This document shows, piece after piece, positions 8,040-15,842 of a stretch of DNA of 20,383 nt. The translations under genes were made by a program, and so were the position numbers. Under the pieces are notes generated by a model that was not told where the DNA came from, ran no database searches, and was given only the letters and a program-made list of their open reading frames with translations. The stretch covers positions 1-20,383 of the forward strand of contig JBDRWI010000044.1 in the NCBI GenBank assembly GCA_039802265.1, written 5' to 3'. Position 1 is the first letter of the stretch. Every line of letters begins with the position of its first letter. The DNA comes from a candidate division WOR-3 bacterium (GTDB taxonomy: Bacteria; Hydrothermota; Tepidihabitantia; SM23-42; JAOAFX01).

Positions 8040-8045
8040 AATTTT

Positions 8046-8073
8046 ATTTTATTCAGAATTATTCATCTGTCAA
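8046..8073 (-). promoter_or_regulatory. Sigma70-type promoter TTGACA-16-TAAAAT pointing to the PorV-OmpA gene (~410 nt upstream)
   Basis: Plus strand TGTCAA at 8068-8073 and ATTTTA at 8046-8051. Confidence 0.65.
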
Positions 8074-8080
8074 GCTTAAT

Positions 8081-8331
8081 ATCTGAGGTTTTATCCACTT
8101 CTGCGTTATGGTTTAACTTAAGAATTCTGATTTTAAATAGAGAATGTGGTCCTAAACAAATTTTTGCCCAAAGGACCTTTCCGTTATCTTTGAGTGTAAC
8201 CAAAAGTTGGAATTTGAGCGATAAAAATGCTTGAAACCCGGAATTTCTTTGATATCTTGTGGTCTTTCTTCATATTGTTAGTAAACCCGTTATTCATATA
8301 AGCACGCACAAAAATTCTAAAAACCTCAGAT
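8081..8331. repeat. 251-bp segment bounded by a perfect 12-bp inverted repeat (ATCTGAGGTTTT ... AAAACCTCAGAT); possible MITE-like remnant
   Basis: ATCTGAGGTTTT at 8081-8092 and AAAACCTCAGAT at 8320-8331. No clear target-site duplication. Confidence 0.3.
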
Positions 8332-8367
8332 GAAATTTTTCAAAAATACTTATAGCGGAATTCCAGC

Positions 8368-9222
8368 TCAAGAAGATTTTGTATTTATGGTTTTTACAAA
8401 ATCGCTGAGTGCTGATTCCCAGGACCTCATTTTTCGGTTAAAAAGGAATTCATAATTCCTTGAACCGAGTGGGGCAAAACGTGGGCGTGGTGCAGGTAGA
8501 TTCAATTCGTTGGTCTTTATCGGATTTAATTCTGTAGCAAATTTCATCATTTCTTTTGCCTTTAAGGCAAAATCAAGCCAGGTTCCATAACCGGTATTGA
8601 CAATATGATAGGTACCATAATTTTCTGATTTTATCAAAACGAAGATTGCCTCAGCAAGGTCTGGGATGTAGGTGAAAGAGCCAAATTGATCACAGATAAC
8701 ATTCACCGATAGGGGTTTATTCTGTTTTTCTAAAAATTGGGAAATAAAGGTCTTTGAATTTTTTCCAAATAACCAGGAGGTACGAACAATGTAGAAACGG
8801 TCATAAATCTCTCTGATGTAATTTTCGCCAATTAACTTTGTCCTACCATATACGCAGATTGGATGCGCAGGATCATATTCAAAATAAGGCTCTTCTGAAT
8901 CGCCATCAAAGACAAAATTTGTGCTTGTATAAAGAAATCTTGCGCCAATTTTCTTTGCAATAGTTACAAGCCCCAAGGTGGCCAGGGAATTAACCCGAAA
9001 GGCTATTTCTTTATTTATTTCACACTCATCCACATTACTGATTGCGGCAAAGTGGAGGATACAATCCGGATGATAGTTTAAAATTACATCGTTTGTCTTC
9101 TTAAAATCGGTTATGTCAAGTTGTTTGATATCAATCCCCCAAAAATTTACCTTTTCTCTTCTTAATAAATTTTGAATCTCACTACCCAGTGCCCCGGCAG
9201 CCCCGGTAATTAGAATCTTCAC
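8368..9222 (-). CDS. rfbD: dTDP-4-dehydrorhamnose reductase
   Basis: Rossmann motif KILITGAAGALG, plus STNFVFDG, the catalytic YGRTK, IVRTSWLFG, DQFGSFTY and PAPRP. The GTG start abuts the upstream stop. Confidence 0.92.
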   Translation of the reverse strand: MKILITGAAGALGSEIQNLLRREKVNFWGIDIKQLDITDFKKTNDVILNYHPDCILHFAAISNVDECEINKEIAFRVNSLATLGLVTIAKKIGARFLYTSTNFVFDGDSEEPYFEYDPAHPICVYGRTKLIGENYIREIYDRFYIVRTSWLFGKNSKTFISQFLEKQNKPLSVNVICDQFGSFTYIPDLAEAIFVLIKSENYGTYHIVNTGYGTWLDFALKAKEMMKFATELNPIKTNELNLPAPRPRFAPLGSRNYEFLFNRKMRSWESALSDFVKTINTKSS

Positions 9223-9420
9223 TTATAAATGTAGATTTTGGGTTTCTTCTTTTGTTAAACCAATCAGTTGACTAAAACCATAAAGCTGCATCAGTTCTTC
9301 GTAAATAAAAGTGGTCGTACAATTGGGACAGAGATAATTACCTTCCTGGGTCAGAATCAGGTCAATGTATTTTGCATTAAATACACAAAGGGGACAGACG
9401 ACCCGGTCAACTTTCGCCAT
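9223..9420 (-). CDS. Small four-cysteine (zinc-ribbon-like) protein, 65 aa
   Basis: CPLC-x18-CPNC. I prefer ATG 9420 over TTG 9429 because the TTG abuts the -10 box. The stop is immediately followed by the rfbD GTG. Confidence 0.7.
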   Translation of the reverse strand: MAKVDRVVCPLCVFNAKYIDLILTQEGNYLCPNCTTTFIYEELMQLYGFSQLIGLTKEETQNLHL

Positions 9421-9429
9421 AGCAATCAA

Positions 9430-9457
9430 ATTATATATAAAATTATCGGAGTGTCAA
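9430..9457 (-). promoter_or_regulatory. Sigma70-type promoter TTGACA-16-TATAAT for the zinc-ribbon/rfbD operon
   Basis: Plus strand TGTCAA at 9452-9457 and ATTATA at 9430-9435; ATG 9 nt downstream, no SD. Confidence 0.75.
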
Positions 9458-9491
9458 TATGATAAATAGAAACAGCATGACGTCCTGAAAG

Positions 9492-9505
9492 AATCTTTAA
9501 AGATT
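9492..9505. promoter_or_regulatory. Perfect 14-bp palindrome AATCTTTAAAGATT between divergent promoters; candidate operator
   Basis: Read directly from the sequence, between the -35 boxes at 9457 and 9555. Confidence 0.35.
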
Positions 9506-9554
9506 ATTCCCGAAAGATGAAAAAAATTGCTGAGTGTATCAGTATTTTCCCCTA

Positions 9555-9582
9555 TTGACAAATTGCCAAATATTGATATTAT
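9555..9582 (+). promoter_or_regulatory. Sigma70-type promoter TTGACA-16-TATTAT (extended -10 TG) for the pil operon
   Basis: TTGACA at 9555-9560, TG at 9574-9575, TATTAT at 9577-9582; ATG at 9591, no SD. Confidence 0.7.
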
Positions 9583-9590
9583 ATTATGTT

Positions 9591-11297
9591 ATGAAACTGG
9601 GTGAAGTATTGGTTAAACAGGGTCTGATCTCCGAAGACATGCTTGCACGTGCCCTGGAAGAGCAAAAAAAGGACGGTTCAAGATTAGGTACAACCCTGAT
9701 TAGACTTGGTTTTCTAAAAGAAGACGACCTATTAAAGGCACTTTCAAAGCACTATGGTGTTAACTTTATTAACCTTAATTCAATAGAATTAGACCCCAAT
9801 ATTTTGAAATTAGTACCGAGTGAACTTGCCGGACGGTATTTAGTGGTTCCTGTAAAAAGATTTGGCAGGACTCTAACATTGGCGATGATCAATCCCGGAG
9901 ATATGGCTGCAATTGAAGATATTAAATTCGCTACTGGCTATGAAATTGAGCCGGTGGTTGCCTCAGAGGAAGCAATATTAAAGATTGTTAATGAACACTA
10001 CCATGTGGAGAAACTTCTCGCTGATATAAATTATGAGATAGAAACTGCAGAAAGTATGGAAACATCGGTCAAAGTTGTAGAGGCAGAGGCGGAGAAGGAA
10101 GAGGAGGACCTATCCACGGTCAGCGATGATAAGGAAAGCGGTCCGGCACTGAAATTGGTCAGCAAGATTATTACCGATGCTGTGGATTTGAATGTCTCAG
10201 ATATTCATATTGAACCTTATGAAAATGAATTAAGGGTAAGGTATCGTATTGACGGAATACTGCACGAGGTTATGAAGCCCCCCAAAAAATTGAATCGAGC
10301 ACTTGCAACAGTGGTAAAGGTGATGGCTAAATTAAAGGTGGAAGAGAAGAGGCTTCCCCAGGATGGTCGGATCAAGGCAAGGGTGCATAATAAAATAATT
10401 GATATCAGGGTCTCCACAGTTCCTACCCTTTTTGGGGAAAAGATTGCCCTGAGATTGCTTGACCGTTCAGCAATCCAGTTGAATCTTGACCTTTTAGGTT
10501 TTGAGCCAAGTACTTTAAAGACTTTTCGCCGGGCAATAAAGACACCCTATGGAATAGTCCTGGTAACCGGGCCCACCGGTTCGGGTAAGACCACGACATT
10601 ATATTCTGCCCTTACCGAATTGAATGACCCGGGACTGAATATTACCACTGCCGAAGACCCGATTGAATACTCTTTACATGGTATAAATCAACTTCAGGTA
10701 AATGAGAAGATCGGCCTCACCTTTGCCTCTGCCCTCCGTGCCTATCTCCGGCAGGACCCTAATATCATTATGGTAGGTGAAATCAGGGATATGGAAACGG
10801 CCGAGATTGCTATCAGGGCATCATTAACTGGACATTTAGTCCTCTCAACCGTCCATACCAATTCTGCGGCCGCAACCATTGTTCGACTTGTAAATATGGG
10901 GATAGAACCTTTCCTTATTGCCTCAACGCTCTTGTCAGTGCTCTCCCAGAGACTGCTCCGAAAGGTGTGTATGAAATGCCGAAAGGAAATAAAATATCCA
11001 CCCGAGGTCCTCGTTGATGCCGGCATCGACCCCCAAAAGATTGACTTTCCACTCTATAAAGGAGAAGGGTGTAACGAATGTCGGGGAACTGGTTATAAAG
11101 GTAGGATTGGAATATTTGAAAATATGCTCGTAACTGCAAGGATAAGGGACTTGATTTTAAAAAGAGCACCCTCTGAGGAGATTGAACGGGCAGGGATTGA
11201 AGAAGGAATGTTGACTCTGAGAGATTCCGCTCTAGAAAAATTGAAGCAGGGATTGACCACGGTTGAAGAGGTAATAAGAGAAACAAAGGTAGAATAG
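9591..11297 (+). CDS. pilB: Type IV pilus assembly ATPase PilB, paralogue 1 (MshEN N-domain largely intact)
   Basis: Start reassigned to ATG 9591 (MKLGEVLVKQGLI). Motifs: SDIHIEP, RLPQDGR, Walker A GPTGSGKTT, EDPIEY, LRQDPNIIMVGEIRD, TGHLVLSTVHTN, and Zn-binding CMKC/CNEC. Confidence 0.92.
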   Translation: MKLGEVLVKQGLISEDMLARALEEQKKDGSRLGTTLIRLGFLKEDDLLKALSKHYGVNFINLNSIELDPNILKLVPSELAGRYLVVPVKRFGRTLTLAMINPGDMAAIEDIKFATGYEIEPVVASEEAILKIVNEHYHVEKLLADINYEIETAESMETSVKVVEAEAEKEEEDLSTVSDDKESGPALKLVSKIITDAVDLNVSDIHIEPYENELRVRYRIDGILHEVMKPPKKLNRALATVVKVMAKLKVEEKRLPQDGRIKARVHNKIIDIRVSTVPTLFGEKIALRLLDRSAIQLNLDLLGFEPSTLKTFRRAIKTPYGIVLVTGPTGSGKTTTLYSALTELNDPGLNITTAEDPIEYSLHGINQLQVNEKIGLTFASALRAYLRQDPNIIMVGEIRDMETAEIAIRASLTGHLVLSTVHTNSAAATIVRLVNMGIEPFLIASTLLSVLSQRLLRKVCMKCRKEIKYPPEVLVDAGIDPQKIDFPLYKGEGCNECRGTGYKGRIGIFENMLVTARIRDLILKRAPSEEIERAGIEEGMLTLRDSALEKLKQGLTTVEEVIRETKVE

Positions 11298-11318
11298 AAA
11301 AAAGAAGGCGGTGAAAGA

Positions 11319-13031
11319 ATGGAAGAGAAACTTGCAGCATATTTAGTTAAGAATAATCTATTAACTGAAGACCAACTCCGCCAAGCAATTCAGGAGAAGA
11401 AAGAGACCGGCCAGCGCCTGGTAAGTGTCTTGGTCAAACTTGGATTTATTCCCGAAAATAAACTTCTCGCCCAACTGAGTAATCTATATCAGATGGAGGT
11501 TACGGACCTGGACTATATAATACCACCTGAATCAGTACTTAAATTGATTCCTGCTGAAAAGGCCTATCATTATGAGGTCCTGCCGATTGACCGTAAAGGT
11601 AGGATTTTAACTGTGGCAATGGTTGACCCAACAGATATAAGCGCAATTGAAGATTTGAGATTCATTACCGGAATGGAGATAAATCCAGTTCTTGCATCTG
11701 AAACAAGTATCAGAGAGGCGCTTGGTCGGTATTATAAAATGGATACAAGTCTTGCCGAGGTAAAGGCTGAGGCAGGTCCAAAGGAATTGGGTGTGGAAGA
11801 TTTAGAATTACTGGAGACAGGCATAGAGGAGGAGGTTGAAGAAGAAAAACTCCGGGCCGATGCAGAGGGTGGTCCGGTCATTAGACTTGTAAACCATTAT
11901 ATTGCCGATGCGGTAAATAAAGGCGCCTCAGATATTCATATTGAGCCATTTGAGCGTCAATTGAGGATTCGCTTCCGAATTGACGGTGTACTGCGGGAAC
12001 AGCAATCACCGCCCTTGAATTTAAAATCGGGGATCATAACCAGGATTAAATTAATGGCAAAGATGGATATTGCTGAGCGAAGGCTTTGTCAAGATGGGAG
12101 GATAAACATCCTGGTGGGGAATAAGATGATTGACCTGCGTGTTTCTGTAATACCCACCCTTTACGGAGAAAAGATTGTTATGAGGATATTGGACCGGAGT
12201 GCCTTGATGCTTGATTTGACCAAGCTGGGCTTCAGTGAAGAGGCACTGAAGAAATATTTAAAGGCAATTGAAAGTCCATATGGGATTATTCTGATAACTG
12301 GTCCGACTGGAAGTGGTAAGACGACAACCCTCTATTCAACACTATCCAGATTGAACAAACCCGACCGCCAGATTATGACGATTGAGGACCCCGTAGAATA
12401 CAATATCCATGGAATAAATCAAATCCAGGTAAATGAGGAAATTGGATTGACATTTGCCGCAGCGCTACGGGCATTTCTACGCCAGGCACCCAATATTATC
12501 CTGGTTGGTGAGATGCGCGACACCGAAACTGCCGAGATCGGCATCAGGGCAGCACTTACCGGCCATCTGGTATTTTCCACTATTCATACCAATGATGCAC
12601 CTACTACAATTAACCGGCTTGTGGATATGGGTATTCCGCCTTATCTTGTAGCAAGTGCGTTGATTCTTATCCAGGCACAGCGCCTTGTACGGAGGATCTG
12701 TCCTAATTGCAAGGAACCGATAAAGGTCAGCCCGGCTCTTCTTGAAGAGGCAAATATACCACCGGATACCTTTCCCGACGGTATTGTCTATAAAGGCAAG
12801 GGTTGTTCCAATTGTGGTCAGACCGGGTATAAGGGAAGAATTGGTCTTTATGAAGTTATGCCCATTTCCCCAACATTAAGGGCAATGATTCTAAAGGGTG
12901 CCTCTTCCGATGAGGTGGCGCGGCAGGCAAAGGCAGAAGGAATGAAGACCCTGCGCGACGACGGTATTGAGAAGATTAAACAGGGTATTACCACTATTGA
13001 GGAATTAATGCGGGAGACCGCCGCCTTATGA
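11319..13031 (+). CDS. pilB: Type IV pilus assembly ATPase PilB, paralogue 2 (degenerate MshEN motif)
   Basis: Motifs: ASDIHIEP, GPTGSGKTT, EDPVEY, LRQAPNIILVGEMRD, TGHLVFSTIHTNDA, CPNC/CSNC, GYKGRIGLYE. Confidence 0.93.
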   Translation: MEEKLAAYLVKNNLLTEDQLRQAIQEKKETGQRLVSVLVKLGFIPENKLLAQLSNLYQMEVTDLDYIIPPESVLKLIPAEKAYHYEVLPIDRKGRILTVAMVDPTDISAIEDLRFITGMEINPVLASETSIREALGRYYKMDTSLAEVKAEAGPKELGVEDLELLETGIEEEVEEEKLRADAEGGPVIRLVNHYIADAVNKGASDIHIEPFERQLRIRFRIDGVLREQQSPPLNLKSGIITRIKLMAKMDIAERRLCQDGRINILVGNKMIDLRVSVIPTLYGEKIVMRILDRSALMLDLTKLGFSEEALKKYLKAIESPYGIILITGPTGSGKTTTLYSTLSRLNKPDRQIMTIEDPVEYNIHGINQIQVNEEIGLTFAAALRAFLRQAPNIILVGEMRDTETAEIGIRAALTGHLVFSTIHTNDAPTTINRLVDMGIPPYLVASALILIQAQRLVRRICPNCKEPIKVSPALLEEANIPPDTFPDGIVYKGKGCSNCGQTGYKGRIGLYEVMPISPTLRAMILKGASSDEVARQAKAEGMKTLRDDGIEKIKQGITTIEELMRETAAL

Positions 13032-13101
13032 TTTGCTCCGCATCAAATTACGGCACACTTATTTTTACTGCCGTCTCTGTTTTACAGAACAAGGAGGTCA
13101 A

Positions 13102-14178
13102 ATGCCAGTAACGATGAAACACCTTTTAGAAGAAATGGTGCAGAGAAACGCTACCGATTTACATTTAACTACCGGCGCACCACCGATGCTGCGGATTGAT
13201 GGTGAGTTAGTCCCGACAAACTATGAAGTAATGACGCCGGAGCTCATCCAACAACTTGTCTATAGTGTTCTAAATGACCAGCAGAAGAAAAAATTTGAAA
13301 TGGAATGGGAGTTGGACTTTTCCTTTGGTATTGCTGGGCTCTCCCGTTTCCGCGGCAATTGTTTTCAGCAAAGGGGTAGTATCGCTGCGGCGATTAGAAC
13401 GATTCCTTTCGAAATCCGGGGTTTTAAAGAATTAGGAATCCCACCGGTGGTTCAAGAACTGGCATCAAGACCAAAGGGATTAATACTGTTAACCGGACCG
13501 ACTGGCTGTGGAAAATCCACTACCCTTGCGGCAATTATTGATAAAGTCAACAGTGAAAGGCGCTGCCATATAATTACCGTTGAAGACCCTATTGAATATC
13601 TCTTCCGGCATAAAAAGGCGATTGTCAATCAAAGACAGGTAGGTAGCGATACAAAATCATTTGCCAATGCCTTAAAATACGTCCTTAGGGAAGACCCGGA
13701 TGTTGTTATGGTAGGAGAGATGAGAGACCTTGAGACCATTGCGATTACTCTGACGATAGCCGAGACTGGCCATCTGACACTGGCTACCCTACACACCAAC
13801 TCCGCAGCAGAATCCATCCACCGAATAATTGATATATTCCCATCGCATCAGCAGGGACAGGTTCGCTCACAACTCGCATTTGTTATTGAGGGGGTAATCA
13901 CCCAGCAGTTGCTCCCCAAGATCGGCGGTGGCCGGGTGCTTGCGGCTGAGGTAATGATTGCGACTCCAGCAATAAGGGCACTGATCCGTGATGAAAAAGA
14001 GCACCAGATTTACTCAATGATCCAATCAGGACAAAAATATGGAATGCAGACGATGAATCAGGCCCTTTATAATCTTTATGCGAAGAGATTGATAACACTT
14101 GAGACTGCCTTTGATTATTCACCGAACATAGAGGAATTTGAACATATGGTAGAGCAGAAATCGCCGGTTCTGGGATAG
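13102..14178 (+). CDS. pilT: Type IV pilus retraction ATPase PilT
   Basis: Start reassigned to ATG 13102 after SD AAGGAGGT. Motifs: TDLHL, GPTGCGKSTT, EDPIEY, LREDPDVVMVGEMRD, ETGHLTLATLHTN, AIRALIRD (AIRNLIRE-like), GMQTM. Confidence 0.95.
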   Translation: MPVTMKHLLEEMVQRNATDLHLTTGAPPMLRIDGELVPTNYEVMTPELIQQLVYSVLNDQQKKKFEMEWELDFSFGIAGLSRFRGNCFQQRGSIAAAIRTIPFEIRGFKELGIPPVVQELASRPKGLILLTGPTGCGKSTTLAAIIDKVNSERRCHIITVEDPIEYLFRHKKAIVNQRQVGSDTKSFANALKYVLREDPDVVMVGEMRDLETIAITLTIAETGHLTLATLHTNSAAESIHRIIDIFPSHQQGQVRSQLAFVIEGVITQQLLPKIGGGRVLAAEVMIATPAIRALIRDEKEHQIYSMIQSGQKYGMQTMNQALYNLYAKRLITLETAFDYSPNIEEFEHMVEQKSPVLG

Positions 14179-14194
14179 AGTTATGATAATTAAT

Positions 14195-14250
14195 TGGTTA
14201 AAAGGTTAAATGGTTAAATATTTAACCGATTCCCAATCGCCATTTAACCA
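14195..14250. repeat. Intergenic structured element: three tandem (T/A)GGTTAAA octamers and two inverted TTTAACC copies
   Basis: GGTTAAATGG at 14204-14213 pairs with CCATTTAACC at 14240-14249. Internal hairpins GGTTAAA-TA-TTTAACC and CGATT-CCC-AATCG. Confidence 0.55.
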
Positions 14251-14272
14251 GGCATCATAAAAGGAGGTAGGT

Positions 14273-15478
14273 ATGCCAGTATTTGTCTGGAAAGGTAGAA
14301 GTGCTACCGGCGCCTCAGCCAGCGGTGAGATTACCGCGGCTTCCCAGGCGGATGTTGTTGCCCAACTTCGCCAGAAGAAAATTATTCCAACTTCAATCAA
14401 GATAAAAGAGGAGAAGAAGGGATTTTCCCTATTTGGCATGAGGGTTTCTAAGCGTGCCCTTGCCGTTTTTACCCGTCAATTCTCCACAATGCTCAATGCT
14501 GGTTTACCCCTTTTGAATTGTCTGGAAATTTTGGGAAAGCAGACCGAGAGTGCCGGATTGAAAAGGGTTCTGGCAGATGTTCGGGCAGATGTGGAAGGTG
14601 GATTGTCCCTTGCCGATGCCCTGCGCCGGCAGCCGAAGGTATTTGATAATCTGTTTGTGAATATGGTTGAGTCAGGAGAGACTGGCGGTGCCCTGGATAC
14701 AATCTTGCAGCGTCTGGCAACATACCTTGAAAAGAGCGTTGCCCTTCAGAGAAAGATTCGGGGGGCTATGATATACCCAGCAATCATCACTGTCGTAGCG
14801 ATTGGTGCCATTGCGGTGCTTTTAATCTTTGTCATTCCTATATTTGCCAAGATGTTTGAAGGGGTGGGCAGAGAACTACCGGCAATGACACAACTGGTTG
14901 TAAAGATGTCCAATTTTATGAAGGTAGCAGCACTGCCCATACTTATCGGTTTGATTGCCCTGTTTACCATAATCCGCAGATGGCACAAGACCGAATCCGG
15001 TGCCAGGTCAATGGACCCCTTACTTTTGAAACTGCCGGTCTTCGGCGATCTCATGCGCAAGCAGGCAATTGCCCGCTTTGCCCGCACCCTTTCTACCCTT
15101 TTAAAGAGCGGTGTGCCAATAATTGATGCCCTAGAAATAACGGCAAAGAGCGCCGGCAACTGGGTGATCGAAGATGCAATATTGAAGGCGCGGGTTTCAA
15201 TAAAAGGTGGCGAAAATATTGCTGACCCACTTTCCAAGACCGCGGTCTTCCCACCAATGGTCACCCAGATGGTGGCAATTGGTGAGGCATCAGGTGGTCT
15301 GGATGATATGCTGGAAAAAGTCGCGGACTTCTATGATGCCGAGGTTGATCAGGCCGTGGAGAATCTGACCAACGCACTTGAGCCCATAATAATGGTCTTT
15401 TTAGGTGGTGTAGTAGGATTTTTAGTAATTTCAATGTATCTACCAATCTTCCAGCTCGCCGGGACCATTGCTGAATAG
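14273..15478 (+). CDS. pilC: Type IV pilus inner-membrane platform protein PilC (GspF family)
   Basis: SD AAGGAGGT. Motifs: LAVFTRQFSTMLNAGLPL, GETGGALDTIL, IRGAMIYP, RFARTLSTLLKSGVPI, IGEASGGLDDML, LEPIIMVFLG...MYLPIF. Confidence 0.95.
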   Translation: MPVFVWKGRSATGASASGEITAASQADVVAQLRQKKIIPTSIKIKEEKKGFSLFGMRVSKRALAVFTRQFSTMLNAGLPLLNCLEILGKQTESAGLKRVLADVRADVEGGLSLADALRRQPKVFDNLFVNMVESGETGGALDTILQRLATYLEKSVALQRKIRGAMIYPAIITVVAIGAIAVLLIFVIPIFAKMFEGVGRELPAMTQLVVKMSNFMKVAALPILIGLIALFTIIRRWHKTESGARSMDPLLLKLPVFGDLMRKQAIARFARTLSTLLKSGVPIIDALEITAKSAGNWVIEDAILKARVSIKGGENIADPLSKTAVFPPMVTQMVAIGEASGGLDDMLEKVADFYDAEVDQAVENLTNALEPIIMVFLGGVVGFLVISMYLPIFQLAGTIAE

Positions 15479-15842
15479 ATAATTTTAAGTAAACGCGACA
15501 GAAATTTAAGAGGCGCCATAAAATATGAATGCTATTATTAATGGAATCCGTGCCGCAAATTGTACTTTTGTACAGCCGATGGGCGTCGCGCTCCAAAAAT
15601 TTCAAAACTCCGGCGTTTTCACCAAGGGGGCTATTCGGAATTATGAAAAAGATGCCATAGATTTAAAAAGATTGAGACGGACACAAACAGATGCAACAGG
15701 TTTATCCATTTTTATGCTAATCTTGGGAGGTCGGAATCCAAAGGTGACCGAACGAAGTATGATTATATTAAAAATTGCTGTAGTATAAGATTGATGCTCT
15801 ATTAATGTCGAAAATTATAAAATTTTTTTCAATCAGCCAGCT

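Noticed and set aside
8065..8290. Short minus-strand frames with faint resemblance to a RelE toxin (DIKEIPGFKHFYR) or a beta-propeller repeat (LLVTLKDNGKVLWAK)
   Set aside because: The similarity is too short and the frames lack convincing starts, so I cannot support a pseudogene call without a search.
9534..9590. ORF-track N-terminal extension of pilB1
   Set aside because: It overlaps the TTGACA/TATTAT promoter, and homology begins at MKLGEVL (9591).
13033..13101. ORF-track N-terminal extension of pilT, and a weak ACGGCA/TGCCGT hairpin as a terminator
   Set aside because: A strong SD places the start at 13102. The hairpin has only a 6-bp stem with a 13-nt loop and an interrupted U-tract.
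15525..15788. 87-aa ORF between pilC and pilS as a pilin or real gene
   Set aside because: No class III signal peptide (G|FxxxE), no recognisable motif and no clear SD; likely spurious.
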